From Nitrospinaceae bacterium (GTDB lineage: Bacteria > Nitrospinota > Nitrospinia > Nitrospinales > Nitrospinaceae), in assembly GCA_965223665.1 (NCBI GenBank), contig OZ245011.1:288001-352000 (forward strand): DNA of 64,000 bases, given 5' to 3'. Shown here one piece after another: positions 29,738-41,338 of this stretch. Positions within the stretch are counted from its first letter, which is position 1. The number at the start of each line of letters is the position of its first letter. Made by a program: the position numbers and the translations under genes. A model generated the notes under the pieces. That model was not told the DNA's origin. It searched no databases and saw only the letters and a list, made by a program, of their open reading frames with translations.

Positions 29738-31674
29738 TTCACTTGTGCTCCTGGTGGTAATTCATCATCAAATCCTGCCACCACTATTTTATCGTCTATA
29801 CTTCCGGCGAGAATCATTCCCTGCGATTCAAGACCCATAAGTTTTGCTGGTTTCAAATTGGCGACTACTATTACGGTTCTTCCTATTAAAGATTCAGGTT
29901 CATAAGACTGGGCAATTCCTGCCAACACCTGTCTTTTTTCAGACCCTAAATCCACTTGTATTTTTATTAATTTTTTGGATTTTTTCACTTTTTCTGCAGA
30001 AATAATTTTAGCCGTGCGTAAATCCAGTTTCATAAAATCTTCTATTGTGATTTCTTCTTTTAATTCAAGTTTAGGGGCTTTTAAAGCTGCGTCTTCAGTG
30101 GAAGATGAGTCTACGGTTTCCAATATCTTTTTTGCGGCCTTTTCTTCAATTCTTGGAAATATTTGTGGTCCTTGAGAAGTTTGAGTCCCTGGTTTAATCC
30201 ATCCCCACTCTTCTGTGGACGCAAGTCCTTGTTTGTCCACTGCAGTTCCCAGTCCTAATTGCTCCATTATTTTTTCGCAGGTGGCCGGCATAAAAGGAGT
30301 CAATAAAATTGCAATAACTCGCAAAGCTTCTGCCGTATTGTAAAGGACTGTATCCAATCGAGTTTTTCCTTCTTCTGTCTTAGCTAAGTTCCATGGAGCC
30401 GTGTGATTTATATATTGATTGGAAGTGTCTAATAGCTCCCAAATTTTAACTAAAATTTTGCTGTAAGCTAGTTCACTGTAAAGTTGGTCGACTTCATCAA
30501 GAACGGACTTTGCTTTTTCAATGAGGGTTGAGTCCTCATCGTCAGTAACATTTGGTTTTGGGACTACTCCTTGGTAATATTTTTTGAGCATGTTTAGTGT
30601 GCGATTCACCAAGTTGCCTAAATTGTTTGCCAAATCGCTGTTCACTCGGCCAATTAAAGCTTTATGAGAAAAGTCTCCATCAAGACCAAAGGGAACTTCA
30701 CGCATTAAAAAGTAACGAATCACATCCACTCCGAATTGGTCGATGAGTAAATTTGGTTCGACAACATTTCTCAAAGATTTTGACATCTTTTGGCCATTCA
30801 CCGTCCACCAACCATGGGCAAAAATATTTTTAGGTAATTCTAATCCCATGGCATTTAACATTGTTGACCAATAAACAGAATGTGTGGTGAGGATGTCTTT
30901 TCCAATTAAATGGTGATTGGCTGGCCAATATCCACTCTGTTTGATTTCTTCCAAGTGTCCATGTATTGAAATATAGTTGATAAGAGCATCAAACCAAACA
31001 TAAGTAACAAATTTGTCATCAAAGGGAAGAGGGATTCCCCAGGGTAACCTTTCTTTTGGACGTGAAATACAAAGATCGCCTAATGGTTTTTTTAGAAAAC
31101 CTAATATCTCATTGCGTCGTGAAGCGGGTTCAACAAACTCAGGATGTTTTTCAATATGATCTACTAGCCAATCCTGATATTTCCCCATCTTAAAAAAATA
31201 ATTATGCTCTTTTATTTTATCTACTTTTCGCCCACATTCCGGGCACTTCCCATCGATTAAATCCTTCTCAGTCCAAAATCTTTCGTCCGGCATGCAATAC
31301 CAGCCTTCATAACTATCCTTATATATTTCACCTTTTGCATGTAAATTATTTAATATCTCACGAACTACTTTTTGGTGGCGTTCTTCAGTGGTTCGAATAA
31401 AGTCATTATTGCTGATATTAAATCGTGTCCAAAGATCTTTAAATCGAACATGTAAATCATCTACATGTGTTTGTGGATCTTTACCTGTCGCTTCAGCGGC
31501 TTGTTGAACTTTTTGACCGTGTTCATCCGTTCCTGTTAAAAAGAAAACATCATACCCCGCCAGCCGCTTATACCGAGATACTACATCTGCAGCTATAGTT
31601 GTATAAGCGTGACCAATATGAGGAACGTCGTTTACATAATAAATTGGCGTTGTAATAAAAAACTTTTTATTCAT
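29734..31674 (-). CDS. metG: Methionyl-tRNA synthetase with C-terminal tRNA-binding domain
   Basis: HIGH, KMSKS, YVWFDAL, OB-fold NLKPAKLMGLESQGM. Confidence 0.97.
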   Translation of the reverse strand: MNKKFFITTPIYYVNDVPHIGHAYTTIAADVVSRYKRLAGYDVFFLTGTDEHGQKVQQAAEATGKDPQTHVDDLHVRFKDLWTRFNISNNDFIRTTEERHQKVVREILNNLHAKGEIYKDSYEGWYCMPDERFWTEKDLIDGKCPECGRKVDKIKEHNYFFKMGKYQDWLVDHIEKHPEFVEPASRRNEILGFLKKPLGDLCISRPKERLPWGIPLPFDDKFVTYVWFDALINYISIHGHLEEIKQSGYWPANHHLIGKDILTTHSVYWSTMLNAMGLELPKNIFAHGWWTVNGQKMSKSLRNVVEPNLLIDQFGVDVIRYFLMREVPFGLDGDFSHKALIGRVNSDLANNLGNLVNRTLNMLKKYYQGVVPKPNVTDDEDSTLIEKAKSVLDEVDQLYSELAYSKILVKIWELLDTSNQYINHTAPWNLAKTEEGKTRLDTVLYNTAEALRVIAILLTPFMPATCEKIMEQLGLGTAVDKQGLASTEEWGWIKPGTQTSQGPQIFPRIEEKAAKKILETVDSSSTEDAALKAPKLELKEEITIEDFMKLDLRTAKIISAEKVKKSKKLIKIQVDLGSEKRQVLAGIAQSYEPESLIGRTVIVVANLKPAKLMGLESQGMILAGSIDDKIVVAGFDDELPPGAQVK

Positions 31675-31698
31675 GATTTAATTGGTAAAAGGAATTGA

Positions 31699-32598
31699 TT
31701 ATTTTTCTTCAGAAGAGGGTGAGGGAGTAGGTGTTTTATTCGCCTTCAAACTGTCCCGAAGTTCATCCAGATGATAATATATGATGGATTCATCCTCAAG
31801 TCGCACAATAATGATCTGTTTTAAGATATCGTTTTTGATAACTTTACCTGGGCCTTCTGGCGTTTGTATGGGTTTTCCAACTTTGGGTAGTTCTTTTATC
31901 AACTCGCGGTAAACATTATGCTCATACTGTAAGCAACACATTAACCGACCGCAAACTCCTGAAATCTTACTGGGGTTCAAGGCAAGCCCTTGATCTTTAG
32001 CCATTCGGATGGTTACGGGGGTAAATTCTAGTAAAAAAGTCGAACAGCAGAGGGATTGACCACACATTCCTAAACCTGTCACTGCTTTAGCTTCATCGCG
32101 AACTCCCACTTGTCTCATTTCAATTCGATGTCTTAACCTGGCTGCAAGTTCTTTGACTAACTCCCTAAAATCTACTCTTCCTTCAGCGGTAAAGTAAAAA
32201 ATCGATTTTTTCATCTCTTCAAAATAAACGACCCGACTTAGATTCATTGGTACATTAAGCTTATCAATTAACTCAAGGCAAATTTGTGTGGCATTAATTT
32301 CTCTTTCTTTTTTTTCTGTTTCCTTTTGTAGGTCTCCTGTATTGGCTATTCTTAAAACTTTTAATGTGGGGATTTCTACTTTCCCAAAATTAATAATTTT
32401 ATTGGAAGCCACAACTCCCATTTTGGTTCCATCTGCTGTATTGACCATGACTTGCTGACCAACTTTCAGGCTTAAGCTTCCTGGGTCGCACAAATCCGAC
32501 TTATCAGTACCTCGAATTCTTACCCCAATAACAAATTTTGGGGGAGAGGTTGAACCCTCCGATTTCTTATCCTGGTTAGTTAGAATATCTGGTGGCAT
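31699..32598 (-). CDS. ricT: PSP1/RicT (YaaT) family protein
   Basis: FYFTAEGRVDFRELVK, RIEMRQVGVRDEA, GMCGQSLCC, GVCGRLMCCL. Confidence 0.9.
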   Translation of the reverse strand: MPPDILTNQDKKSEGSTSPPKFVIGVRIRGTDKSDLCDPGSLSLKVGQQVMVNTADGTKMGVVASNKIINFGKVEIPTLKVLRIANTGDLQKETEKKEREINATQICLELIDKLNVPMNLSRVVYFEEMKKSIFYFTAEGRVDFRELVKELAARLRHRIEMRQVGVRDEAKAVTGLGMCGQSLCCSTFLLEFTPVTIRMAKDQGLALNPSKISGVCGRLMCCLQYEHNVYRELIKELPKVGKPIQTPEGPGKVIKNDILKQIIIVRLEDESIIYYHLDELRDSLKANKTPTPSPSSEEK

Positions 32599-32600
32599 TT

Positions 32601-33611
32601 TTATGCAGCCTCACAAAAATTAAGGAGCATATTTTCTAAAGACAATTGAAGATTCGCATTTGCCAAAATTGTTTGTTGCGTATCATGAATTGTTGAGGCT
32701 AATTTCAACCATTGAGATGAAGATTTTCTTTTACAAATTGACGTCATTTGCGGTTCTAAGTCTTTATTAATTAATTGTCCTTTGGAAGCAGAATTTCTTA
32801 AGAACGCCATATCTCTGACCAAACCCTGCATTTCTTCTAAGACTTCCATAATTATGTGGTGCTCTCGACCCATTTTTTTGGTCCATTGAAAAAGAACATT
32901 TATATTTTTAAATGAAATTAGATCAATAAGTTTTATGAGTTCATCTCTATATTCTGCAAGACTTAAAATATCTTCTTCCAGCGCTCTTTTTACCTGACCC
33001 TTCGAGCGACTCACCCGAAAATCCAATTCCTGAGGATCAAATTCTATTTCAGACTGTTGAAGTAAAACTTGCTTGATAGCAGATAGAGGTAGAGGGCTAA
33101 AACGTATGGTTTGGCAACGAGATAGAATGGTTGGCATTAATTTATGAATATTGGAAACAATAAGAATTAATATAGTTGAGTCGGGGGGTTCTTCGAGAGT
33201 TTTTAAAAATGAATTTGCTGCCTGTATATTTAATTGTTCAGCATCATCAATGATGGCAACCTTAGTCCGGCCTTCATAGGGTAGATATCCTAGTTTGGTT
33301 TGCAGGTTTCGGATTTCGTCAATTTTTATTACTGCTTCACGGGCTGTGGGGGTAGAGCGAGTGGGTTTTATTAAAAAAATATCGGGATGAAGTTCCCGTT
33401 CGATTTTGCGACAAGAGTCGCAATCATCACAGGCTTCTACAGGCCCTGAGGGCAAGCAATTCAAAGCCTTTGCGAGTTCAAAAGCGGTTCGCTTCTTGCC
33501 TATGCTTTCTGGCCCGAAGAACAAATAGGCATGGGCCAATTGGTTTTTTCTAAGGCTATTAGATAGAATATGTTTAACTTGGTCTTGACCAAGGATTTTT
33601 TCCAATGACAT
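32601..33611 (-). CDS. holB: DNA polymerase III delta-prime subunit
   Basis: HAYLFFGP, ACDDCDSC zinc motif, HPD, AANSFLKTLEEPP, TILSRCQ. Confidence 0.93.
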   Translation of the reverse strand: MSLEKILGQDQVKHILSNSLRKNQLAHAYLFFGPESIGKKRTAFELAKALNCLPSGPVEACDDCDSCRKIERELHPDIFLIKPTRSTPTAREAVIKIDEIRNLQTKLGYLPYEGRTKVAIIDDAEQLNIQAANSFLKTLEEPPDSTILILIVSNIHKLMPTILSRCQTIRFSPLPLSAIKQVLLQQSEIEFDPQELDFRVSRSKGQVKRALEEDILSLAEYRDELIKLIDLISFKNINVLFQWTKKMGREHHIIMEVLEEMQGLVRDMAFLRNSASKGQLINKDLEPQMTSICKRKSSSQWLKLASTIHDTQQTILANANLQLSLENMLLNFCEAA

Positions 33612-33882
33612 GATTTCTTATTACTCAACATATATTCAAAAACGTTTAGTTTACGTTAGCTCAATTCACTTTAACAAAAGAACTTAATCTAAAAAAGAAA
33701 TAAGTTGTATTTTATATAAATCAGATAATCATATTATATCTCATTAAGTTCTGTAAATGAAATTCATGGAAAGGGGAAATCCACAGGATCTCAATATTAT
33801 TGCAACCTTATTAGGATTTTGTTATAAATTCAGGCTTAATTTGCTAAAATGTTAGTACTTTAATATTTGATTGGAAATTATT

Positions 33883-34209
33883 ATGGCTGTAGCCGAACGA
33901 GCAAAACGAAATGTAAAACGAAAACGCAAACCCAAGATATTAGCCGTCATCAATGATGCCTGTACCGGTTGTGGCGGATCTCCTATATGTATTACTGAAT
34001 GTCCTGTAGATAGCTGTATGTATGAAGTTGGAAACCCATCTGCCCCAGTATTTAATAGGGTAGAGGTTGACCCATTGCTTTGCATTGGGTGCAAGAAATG
34101 TATTTCTAAAGGGCCTATGGATACTTTCCTGGAGGGATGTCCCTGGGATGCAATTGACATGTTGCCTCTTAAGGAATATGAAGAAGAGTATGGGGAGTTA
34201 CCTTACTAG
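33883..34209 (+). CDS. 2x[4Fe-4S] ferredoxin with insertions
   Basis: CTGCGGSPICITECP and CIGCKKC-x12-CPWDAI; start moved to ATG 33883. Confidence 0.85.
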   Translation: MAVAERAKRNVKRKRKPKILAVINDACTGCGGSPICITECPVDSCMYEVGNPSAPVFNRVEVDPLLCIGCKKCISKGPMDTFLEGCPWDAIDMLPLKEYEEEYGELPY

Positions 34210-34371
34210 GAAAGAAAGAGCTATCTTACCTGAGCATTTAAGATTTTGAAGTAATTTAAATTTAGTCAGTTTTTCTGATTAGATGTTTACTTTTTAAAGT
34301 GCTTTCGTGTCTATTTTTCTAATTGTCCTTGGAATTTTAGAAGATTTTCACCATTACCTTTATTTATTCAC

Positions 34372-34554
34372 TTGAATATCTTTGAAACTCCTTTTATTAT
34401 TAGTTTTCCAGGTAGGGCTGGGAATTTTGAAAATCAAGAGTTCTTCCTAAAAATGATTTCATCCACGTAGAAACCCTTCAATTATTTGGAGTTTGTTTGT
34501 TTTCCTCGGATGAATCAAAAAACATTTTGAATTAACAAAGAATCTAGGTATGAT
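34372..34554 (+). promoter_or_regulatory. Putative tandem sigma70 promoters upstream of the atp operon
   Basis: TTGAAT-N17-TATTAT (34372-34400) and TTGAAT-N16-TATGAT (34527-34554). Confidence 0.4.
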
Positions 34555-34605
34555 AAGCCCTTTTTTGGCCCTCTCCGGTCGCTTATCTCCTGCCAAAACA
34601 ACTAA

Positions 34606-34869
34606 ATGGAAAATGATACTGGTTTCCGTAAGGGATTGAGTTTGGCATTTAGGCTAGGGGTGGAATTAGTGGTGGCAGTAGCCATCGGTGCATTAATGGG
34701 CTATGCGGTAGATTACTATTGGGAAACTCAACCCTGGGGTTTAGCTATTGGATTTTTACTAGGTGGTGCTGCAGGGTGCCTTAATGTATATCGTACCGCT
34801 GTTTTTTTGCAGGAAAAAGAATCCGAGGAGAAAGATTCCGAAGACCCTCCAGAAAATCCAGAAAATTAA
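34606..34869 (+). CDS. atpI: AtpZ/AtpI-family (ATPase gene 1) protein
   Basis: Two TM helices, GYAVDYYWETQPWG; first gene of the atp operon. Confidence 0.85.
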   Translation: MENDTGFRKGLSLAFRLGVELVVAVAIGALMGYAVDYYWETQPWGLAIGFLLGGAAGCLNVYRTAVFLQEKESEEKDSEDPPENPEN

Positions 34870-34890
34870 CTTTTAAAATTGATTATATAA

Positions 34891-35619
34891 ATGGAAAACC
34901 CTTTACATCATTTTGAATTACATCCCATCATTCCAATTAATATCATGGGATTAGACTTATCAATTAACAAAGCTGTTGTGGCAATGTGGATTGGTATGGC
35001 ATTAATATTTGGGTTATTTATGTTGGTGATTAAAGGAGGAGTGAAATTAATTCCTGGGAAATTACAAAGTGTCCTTGAAATGGTTTTAGAGTTTATAAAA
35101 GGGCTGGTAGATGAATTTATTGGGAAAGAAGGAAAAAAATATTTTACATTTGTGGCAACTATTTTTTTCTTTATTCTTTCTTGTAATTTAATTGGTTTGA
35201 TCCCGGGTTCCTATACCATTACTAGTCAGCTTGTTGTGACCGGGACATTTGCTTTAATAATTTTTGTGATGACTTTGATTATTGGCTTTGCCAAGCATGG
35301 AGGTCATTTTTTTAGTATTTTGGTTCCTCCGGGTGTACCTGGAATTTTAATCCCGCTTATGGTTCCAATTGAAATGATTAGTATGCTTGCAAAACCGATT
35401 TCTTTGTCGGTTCGTTTGTTTGCCAATATGACCGCAGGTCATACTGTTCTTGCAGTGCTTTTTGGATTGGCCCTCGCTTCTCCCTTATGGGTCAGTTGGC
35501 TGCCATTTGGGTTTACAATTGTTATCAATGGTTTAGAAATTGCCATTGCTTTTATTCAAGCTTATATATTTACAACCCTCACCTGTGTGTATATAGGTGA
35601 TGTTATTAAACTTCATTGA
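34891..35619 (+). CDS. atpB: ATP synthase Fo subunit a
   Basis: NLIGLIPG, SLSVRLFANMTAGH, FIQAYIF. Confidence 0.96.
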   Translation: MENPLHHFELHPIIPINIMGLDLSINKAVVAMWIGMALIFGLFMLVIKGGVKLIPGKLQSVLEMVLEFIKGLVDEFIGKEGKKYFTFVATIFFFILSCNLIGLIPGSYTITSQLVVTGTFALIIFVMTLIIGFAKHGGHFFSILVPPGVPGILIPLMVPIEMISMLAKPISLSVRLFANMTAGHTVLAVLFGLALASPLWVSWLPFGFTIVINGLEIAIAFIQAYIFTTLTCVYIGDVIKLH

Positions 35620-35646
35620 GTTAATTTTTTAAGAGAGGAGTTAGGA

Positions 35647-35874
35647 ATGGATGCAACCGCAGCAGCGTTTTTAGGTATGGGTTTGTGTGCAGCTGGATTC
35701 TTTGGTGCAGCAATTGGAATTGCCTATATCTTTTCCAAAACGATTGAGACTGTTGGCCGCCAACCCAACGCCGAAGGCCGAGTGGCTAAATATTGCTGGA
35801 TTGGATTTGCTTTGGTGGAAGCTGTCGCGCTTTATGGATTGGTTTTAGCGTTTATCATTATGGGGAAAGTATAG
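35647..35874 (+). CDS. atpE: ATP synthase Fo subunit c
   Basis: Two-TM hairpin, RQP loop, conserved Glu in ALVEA. Confidence 0.95.
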   Translation: MDATAAAFLGMGLCAAGFFGAAIGIAYIFSKTIETVGRQPNAEGRVAKYCWIGFALVEAVALYGLVLAFIIMGKV

Positions 35875-35933
35875 ATATCGGCAACACTTAATTGTTTACA
35901 ATATTAATTTAACCATCAAATTGAAAATCTATC

Positions 35934-36452
35934 ATGCCACAATTTGAGCAAGTTTCTGTTTTTACATCTTTGATTTTTTGGTCTGTTATTTCTTTTGGGT
36001 TATTGCTTTTTTTGCTCAAGAAATATGCGTTTCCGCCAATTTTAGAAATGCTCGAAGCGCGCCAAAAGAAAATCGAAGGCGATATTCAAAGCGCTGAAGG
36101 CCTTAAAAAAGAAGCGGAGAAAATTAAGCAGGATTTTGAGGCGCAACTTAAAACCGCGCATGAAAAAGCAACTACGATTGTCCAGTTGGCTAATGAGGAA
36201 GCAAGGAAAATTCAGGATAAAACCATCAGCGAAACTCAAGCCAAGGTCCGGCAAATGCAAAAAGAAGCCGAGCACGAGATTTTATCTACTCGAAATAAAT
36301 TGTTAGCTGAAATCCGGGATTATGTTTCCACTTTAACCATAGCTTCTACTGAAAAAATTTTAAAACGAAGTTTAGGTGAAGAGGATAAAAAGCGTTTAGT
36401 GGATGAGTCGATTGAAGAAGTTGTAGAAAGTTTAGACCAAAGAAACAATTAA
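35934..36452 (+). CDS. atpF: ATP synthase Fo subunit b
   Basis: N-terminal TM helix, FPPI..MLEARQ..I, coiled coil. Confidence 0.93.
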   Translation: MPQFEQVSVFTSLIFWSVISFGLLLFLLKKYAFPPILEMLEARQKKIEGDIQSAEGLKKEAEKIKQDFEAQLKTAHEKATTIVQLANEEARKIQDKTISETQAKVRQMQKEAEHEILSTRNKLLAEIRDYVSTLTIASTEKILKRSLGEEDKKRLVDESIEEVVESLDQRNN

Positions 36453-36470
36453 AATTAACTACTCGTTTAT

Positions 36471-37025
36471 ATGATTGAAAACCAAATAGGTAAACGGTTT
36501 GCAGAAGCACTATCCGATTCGATTCAAGAGGAGGGTAAATTGAGTTCCGCTCTAACCAATTTGCAAACCTTAGTGAGTGCATCTCAAAGTGATCCAATGG
36601 TATCGCGTTTTTTTATTCATCCTTCTATTCCGGATGATAAAAAATCAGCATTTGTTCGAGAATTATGTGACAAAATAAATGCCATTCCAGAAGTAAGTAA
36701 TTTGTTGAAAATTCTTCTGGACCGGGGGAAGATGACTTACCTGAAAAATATTGTTGAATATTTTGAGTACTTTGTGATGAAGCGACTCAATCAAGTTCGA
36801 GTTGATATAGTTTCTGCATCTCCATTGTCTGAAAATCAAATCAATAAATTAAAAACATCGTTAGACCAGGTTTTAGGAAAAAGCGCGATCATCGAATCGA
36901 AAGTCGATGAATCTTTAATTGGCGGATTGCGGTTAAGTGTGGGGAGTTTAGTAGCGGATGCCTCAATAAAAAACCGGCTTGCCCTTTTGAAACGGTCTAT
37001 TGAAAGTGAGGAGGTATTAAGGTGA
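36471..37025 (+). CDS. atpH: ATP synthase F1 delta subunit
   Basis: [26 protein letters not shown]. Confidence 0.93.
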   Translation: MIENQIGKRFAEALSDSIQEEGKLSSALTNLQTLVSASQSDPMVSRFFIHPSIPDDKKSAFVRELCDKINAIPEVSNLLKILLDRGKMTYLKNIVEYFEYFVMKRLNQVRVDIVSASPLSENQINKLKTSLDQVLGKSAIIESKVDESLIGGLRLSVGSLVADASIKNRLALLKRSIESEEVLR

Positions 37026-38527
37026 GTTTGCGAGCGGATGAAATCAGTTCCTTAATTCAAAAGCAAATTCAGGGATTCGAGGAGGGGATTGAGCTCAAAG
37101 AGACCGGGCGAGTCATCTCTGTTGGGGACGGAATTGCTCGGATCTATGGCTTGGAAAAAGCTATGTCTGGAGAATTGCTTTCGTTTCCTAATAATCTTTC
37201 CGGAATGGTGTTGAACCTCGAAGAAGATAATATTGGTGCGGTCCTTTTAGGCTTTGACGACAAAGTCAAAGAAGGAGATGAAGTTAAAAGAACGGGCCGA
37301 ATTATGGAAGTCCCGGTTGGACCCGAATTAGTGGGGCGTGTAGTGGATGGGTTGGGTCAGCCAATTGATGGAAAAGGGCCCATTGATGCAAAACAAACTG
37401 GTCCGATTGAAAGAATAGCCCCGGGTGTAATTGATAGAAAATCGGTCCATGAGCCCATGCAAACCGGAATCAAAGCTATTGATGGAATGATTCCAGTTGG
37501 ACGAGGACAACGTGAACTTATTATTGGGGATCGTCAAACCGGAAAAACGGCAGTGGCTCTGGATACGATTATTAATCAAAAAGGTCAAAATGTTTTTTGT
37601 ATTTATGTTGCCGTGGGTCAGAAGCGATCTACAGTAGCGCAGGTGGTTAAAAGCCTGGAGGAACATGACGCTATGAAATACACAACTGTGGTTGCGGCCA
37701 CAGCCAGTGACCCAGCACCTATGCAATTTATTGCCCCTTATTCCGGATGTGCCATGGGAGAGTATTTTCGGGATAACGGTCAGCACTGTCTAATTGTTTA
37801 TGATGATTTGTCAAAACAGGCGGCTGCTTACCGACAGCTTTCCTTGCTGTTGCGGCGTCCTCCTGGACGTGAGGCCTATCCGGGTGATGTATTTTTTCTC
37901 CATTCTCGATTGTTAGAGCGAGCAGCAAAATTGAGTGATGAACTCGGTGCAGGATCATTGACTGCCCTGCCGATTATTGAAACTCAAGCGGGTGACGTTT
38001 CGGCTTATATCCCAACTAATGTGATTTCTATTACCGATGGACAGATATATTTAGAAACTGACCTTTTTTATTCTGGTGTTCGGCCTGCAATTAACGTAGG
38101 ACTGTCTGTATCCCGGGTGGGTGGTTCCGCCCAGATAAAAGGTATGAAGCAAGTTGCCGGTCAGTTGCGACTTGACTTAGCACAATATCGGGAAATGGCC
38201 GCATTTGCTCAGTTCGGCAGTGATTTGGATCCTGCAACTCAGGCGCAGTTGGCTCGAGGAGAACGTCTGGTTGAGTTATTAAAACAACCTCAGTATAAAC
38301 CTTTGAGTGTTGTTCAACAGATCATGTCGATTTTTACCGGAGTCCGCGGTTTATTGGATGATATTAAGGTAGGAGATATTGGAAGATTTGAAGAAAGTTT
38401 CTTAAATTATGTTGAGGAAAAACATAAAGATTTAGTCGAAAAAATTAAGACGGATAAGAAGCTGGATGATGAATCAGAAGGAAAACTTCAGGAAGCCCTC
38501 AAGGCTTTTAAAGAGATTTTTCAATAA
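37022..38527 (+). CDS. atpA: ATP synthase F1 alpha subunit
   Basis: [28 protein letters not shown]. Confidence 0.98.
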   Translation: MSLRADEISSLIQKQIQGFEEGIELKETGRVISVGDGIARIYGLEKAMSGELLSFPNNLSGMVLNLEEDNIGAVLLGFDDKVKEGDEVKRTGRIMEVPVGPELVGRVVDGLGQPIDGKGPIDAKQTGPIERIAPGVIDRKSVHEPMQTGIKAIDGMIPVGRGQRELIIGDRQTGKTAVALDTIINQKGQNVFCIYVAVGQKRSTVAQVVKSLEEHDAMKYTTVVAATASDPAPMQFIAPYSGCAMGEYFRDNGQHCLIVYDDLSKQAAAYRQLSLLLRRPPGREAYPGDVFFLHSRLLERAAKLSDELGAGSLTALPIIETQAGDVSAYIPTNVISITDGQIYLETDLFYSGVRPAINVGLSVSRVGGSAQIKGMKQVAGQLRLDLAQYREMAAFAQFGSDLDPATQAQLARGERLVELLKQPQYKPLSVVQQIMSIFTGVRGLLDDIKVGDIGRFEESFLNYVEEKHKDLVEKIKTDKKLDDESEGKLQEALKAFKEIFQ

Positions 38528-38536
38528 GAAGAAGAG

Positions 38537-39400
38537 ATGCCTAATTTAAGAGACGTAAAGCAAAGAATTCGTAGCGTAAAAAATACACAGCAAATGACCA
38601 AAGCAATGAAGTTAGTTTCGGCTTCAAAGCTTCGGAAAGCGCAAGAAGCGATAATGACTGCCCGACCTTACGCTCTCAAGCTTAGAGAAATGATGAACCA
38701 TCTTGCGGCGCGTTGCAATAAAGACCTGCATCCCTTATTGGAAAATCGCGATGGGAAAAGGGTATTGCTAGTGGTGATCACAGCCGATCGAGGTCTTTGC
38801 GGAGCCTTTAACAGTAATATCCTTAAAAAAGCTACAGGATTAATCAGGCAAAATAGTGAAAATGAAATCTCATTTTTTCTGGCAGGAAAAAAGGGTTTGG
38901 ATTTTTTTCGCAATCGGCCCTACAAAATTCTTGATCAATATTTGGGGTGGACAAAGGACTTTAATTACCTGAAAGCTGTAGAAATTGGTGAAATGATTGC
39001 CAAGCTTTTTACGGAAAAACAAGTCGACAAAGTCTATTTAGTTTACAACGAATTTAAATCGGTTCTGAGACAAGAGGTGATTGAAGAACAACTGCTTCCA
39101 ATTGTACCCGGAGAGGTAGAAGAGGAAACAGGCTATCCAATGGATTATATCTATGAACCGGATGAAGAAGCCATACTTGAGGATATATTAAAGCGTCATA
39201 TGTCAGATCAAGTTTATCGCGCGTTTTTAGAGTCCAGTGCAAGTGAGCATGGGGCGCGAATGACAGCGATGGACAATGCTTCTCGAAACGCAAAAGAAAT
39301 GATTGGAAAACTTACTTTATTTTATAACCGTACGCGTCAGGCTTATATCACTAAAGAATTGATTGAAGTGGTAAATGGAGCTGAATCGCTAAAGGGATAG
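38537..39400 (+). CDS. atpG: ATP synthase F1 gamma subunit
   Basis: TKAMKLVS, DRGLCGAFN, SEHGARMTAM, RQAYITKEL. Confidence 0.97.
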   Translation: MPNLRDVKQRIRSVKNTQQMTKAMKLVSASKLRKAQEAIMTARPYALKLREMMNHLAARCNKDLHPLLENRDGKRVLLVVITADRGLCGAFNSNILKKATGLIRQNSENEISFFLAGKKGLDFFRNRPYKILDQYLGWTKDFNYLKAVEIGEMIAKLFTEKQVDKVYLVYNEFKSVLRQEVIEEQLLPIVPGEVEEETGYPMDYIYEPDEEAILEDILKRHMSDQVYRAFLESSASEHGARMTAMDNASRNAKEMIGKLTLFYNRTRQAYITKELIEVVNGAESLKG

Positions 39401-39414
39401 ACTAGAAAATTTAG

Positions 39415-40841
<1,427 letters not shown>

Positions 40842-40842
<1 letters not shown>

Positions 40843-41246
40843 TGGCTCAAAAAATTCATCTCACCCTTGTAACTCCTGAAAAGGAGATGGTCAATGATAC
40901 TGAAGTGGATCAAGTCAATGTTCCTGGAAGTGAGGGAGACTTAGGGTTCCTGGCTGACCACGCCCCCTTAATCACTACAATGCGACCTGGTAGGTTTTCT
41001 TATGAAAAAGGCAATGAGGTCGTAGAATTGGTGGTTAGCCATGGCTACGCCGAAGTATCGGATAATCGAGTCATTGTTTTGGCCGAAACTGCTGAGTTTC
41101 TGCATGAAATTGACCATCAGCGTGCTGAAGAAGCTCGGGCAGAGGCTGAGAAGCTTCTAGCCAAACCTGATTTGGCCGAAGAAGAGTTTAAGGAAACGCA
41201 AAATAAACTCTTTAGAGCCATTGCCCGTTTGGAAACTAAAAACTAG
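40842..41246 (+). CDS. atpC: ATP synthase F1 epsilon subunit
   Basis: LVTPE, GDLGFLADHAP, GYAEV, C-terminal helical hairpin. Confidence 0.95.
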
Positions 41247-41338
41247 CAATATTTTCCCTTAAGAATTTCCACTTCCCACCGATATAAAAGTATCTAGCTC
41301 CCCAAGTCACTATAAATTTTTCTTAATTCTGGGAAGAA

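Noticed and set aside
33718-33745. dif site
   Set aside because: The spacer length and the XerD arm do not match the consensus.
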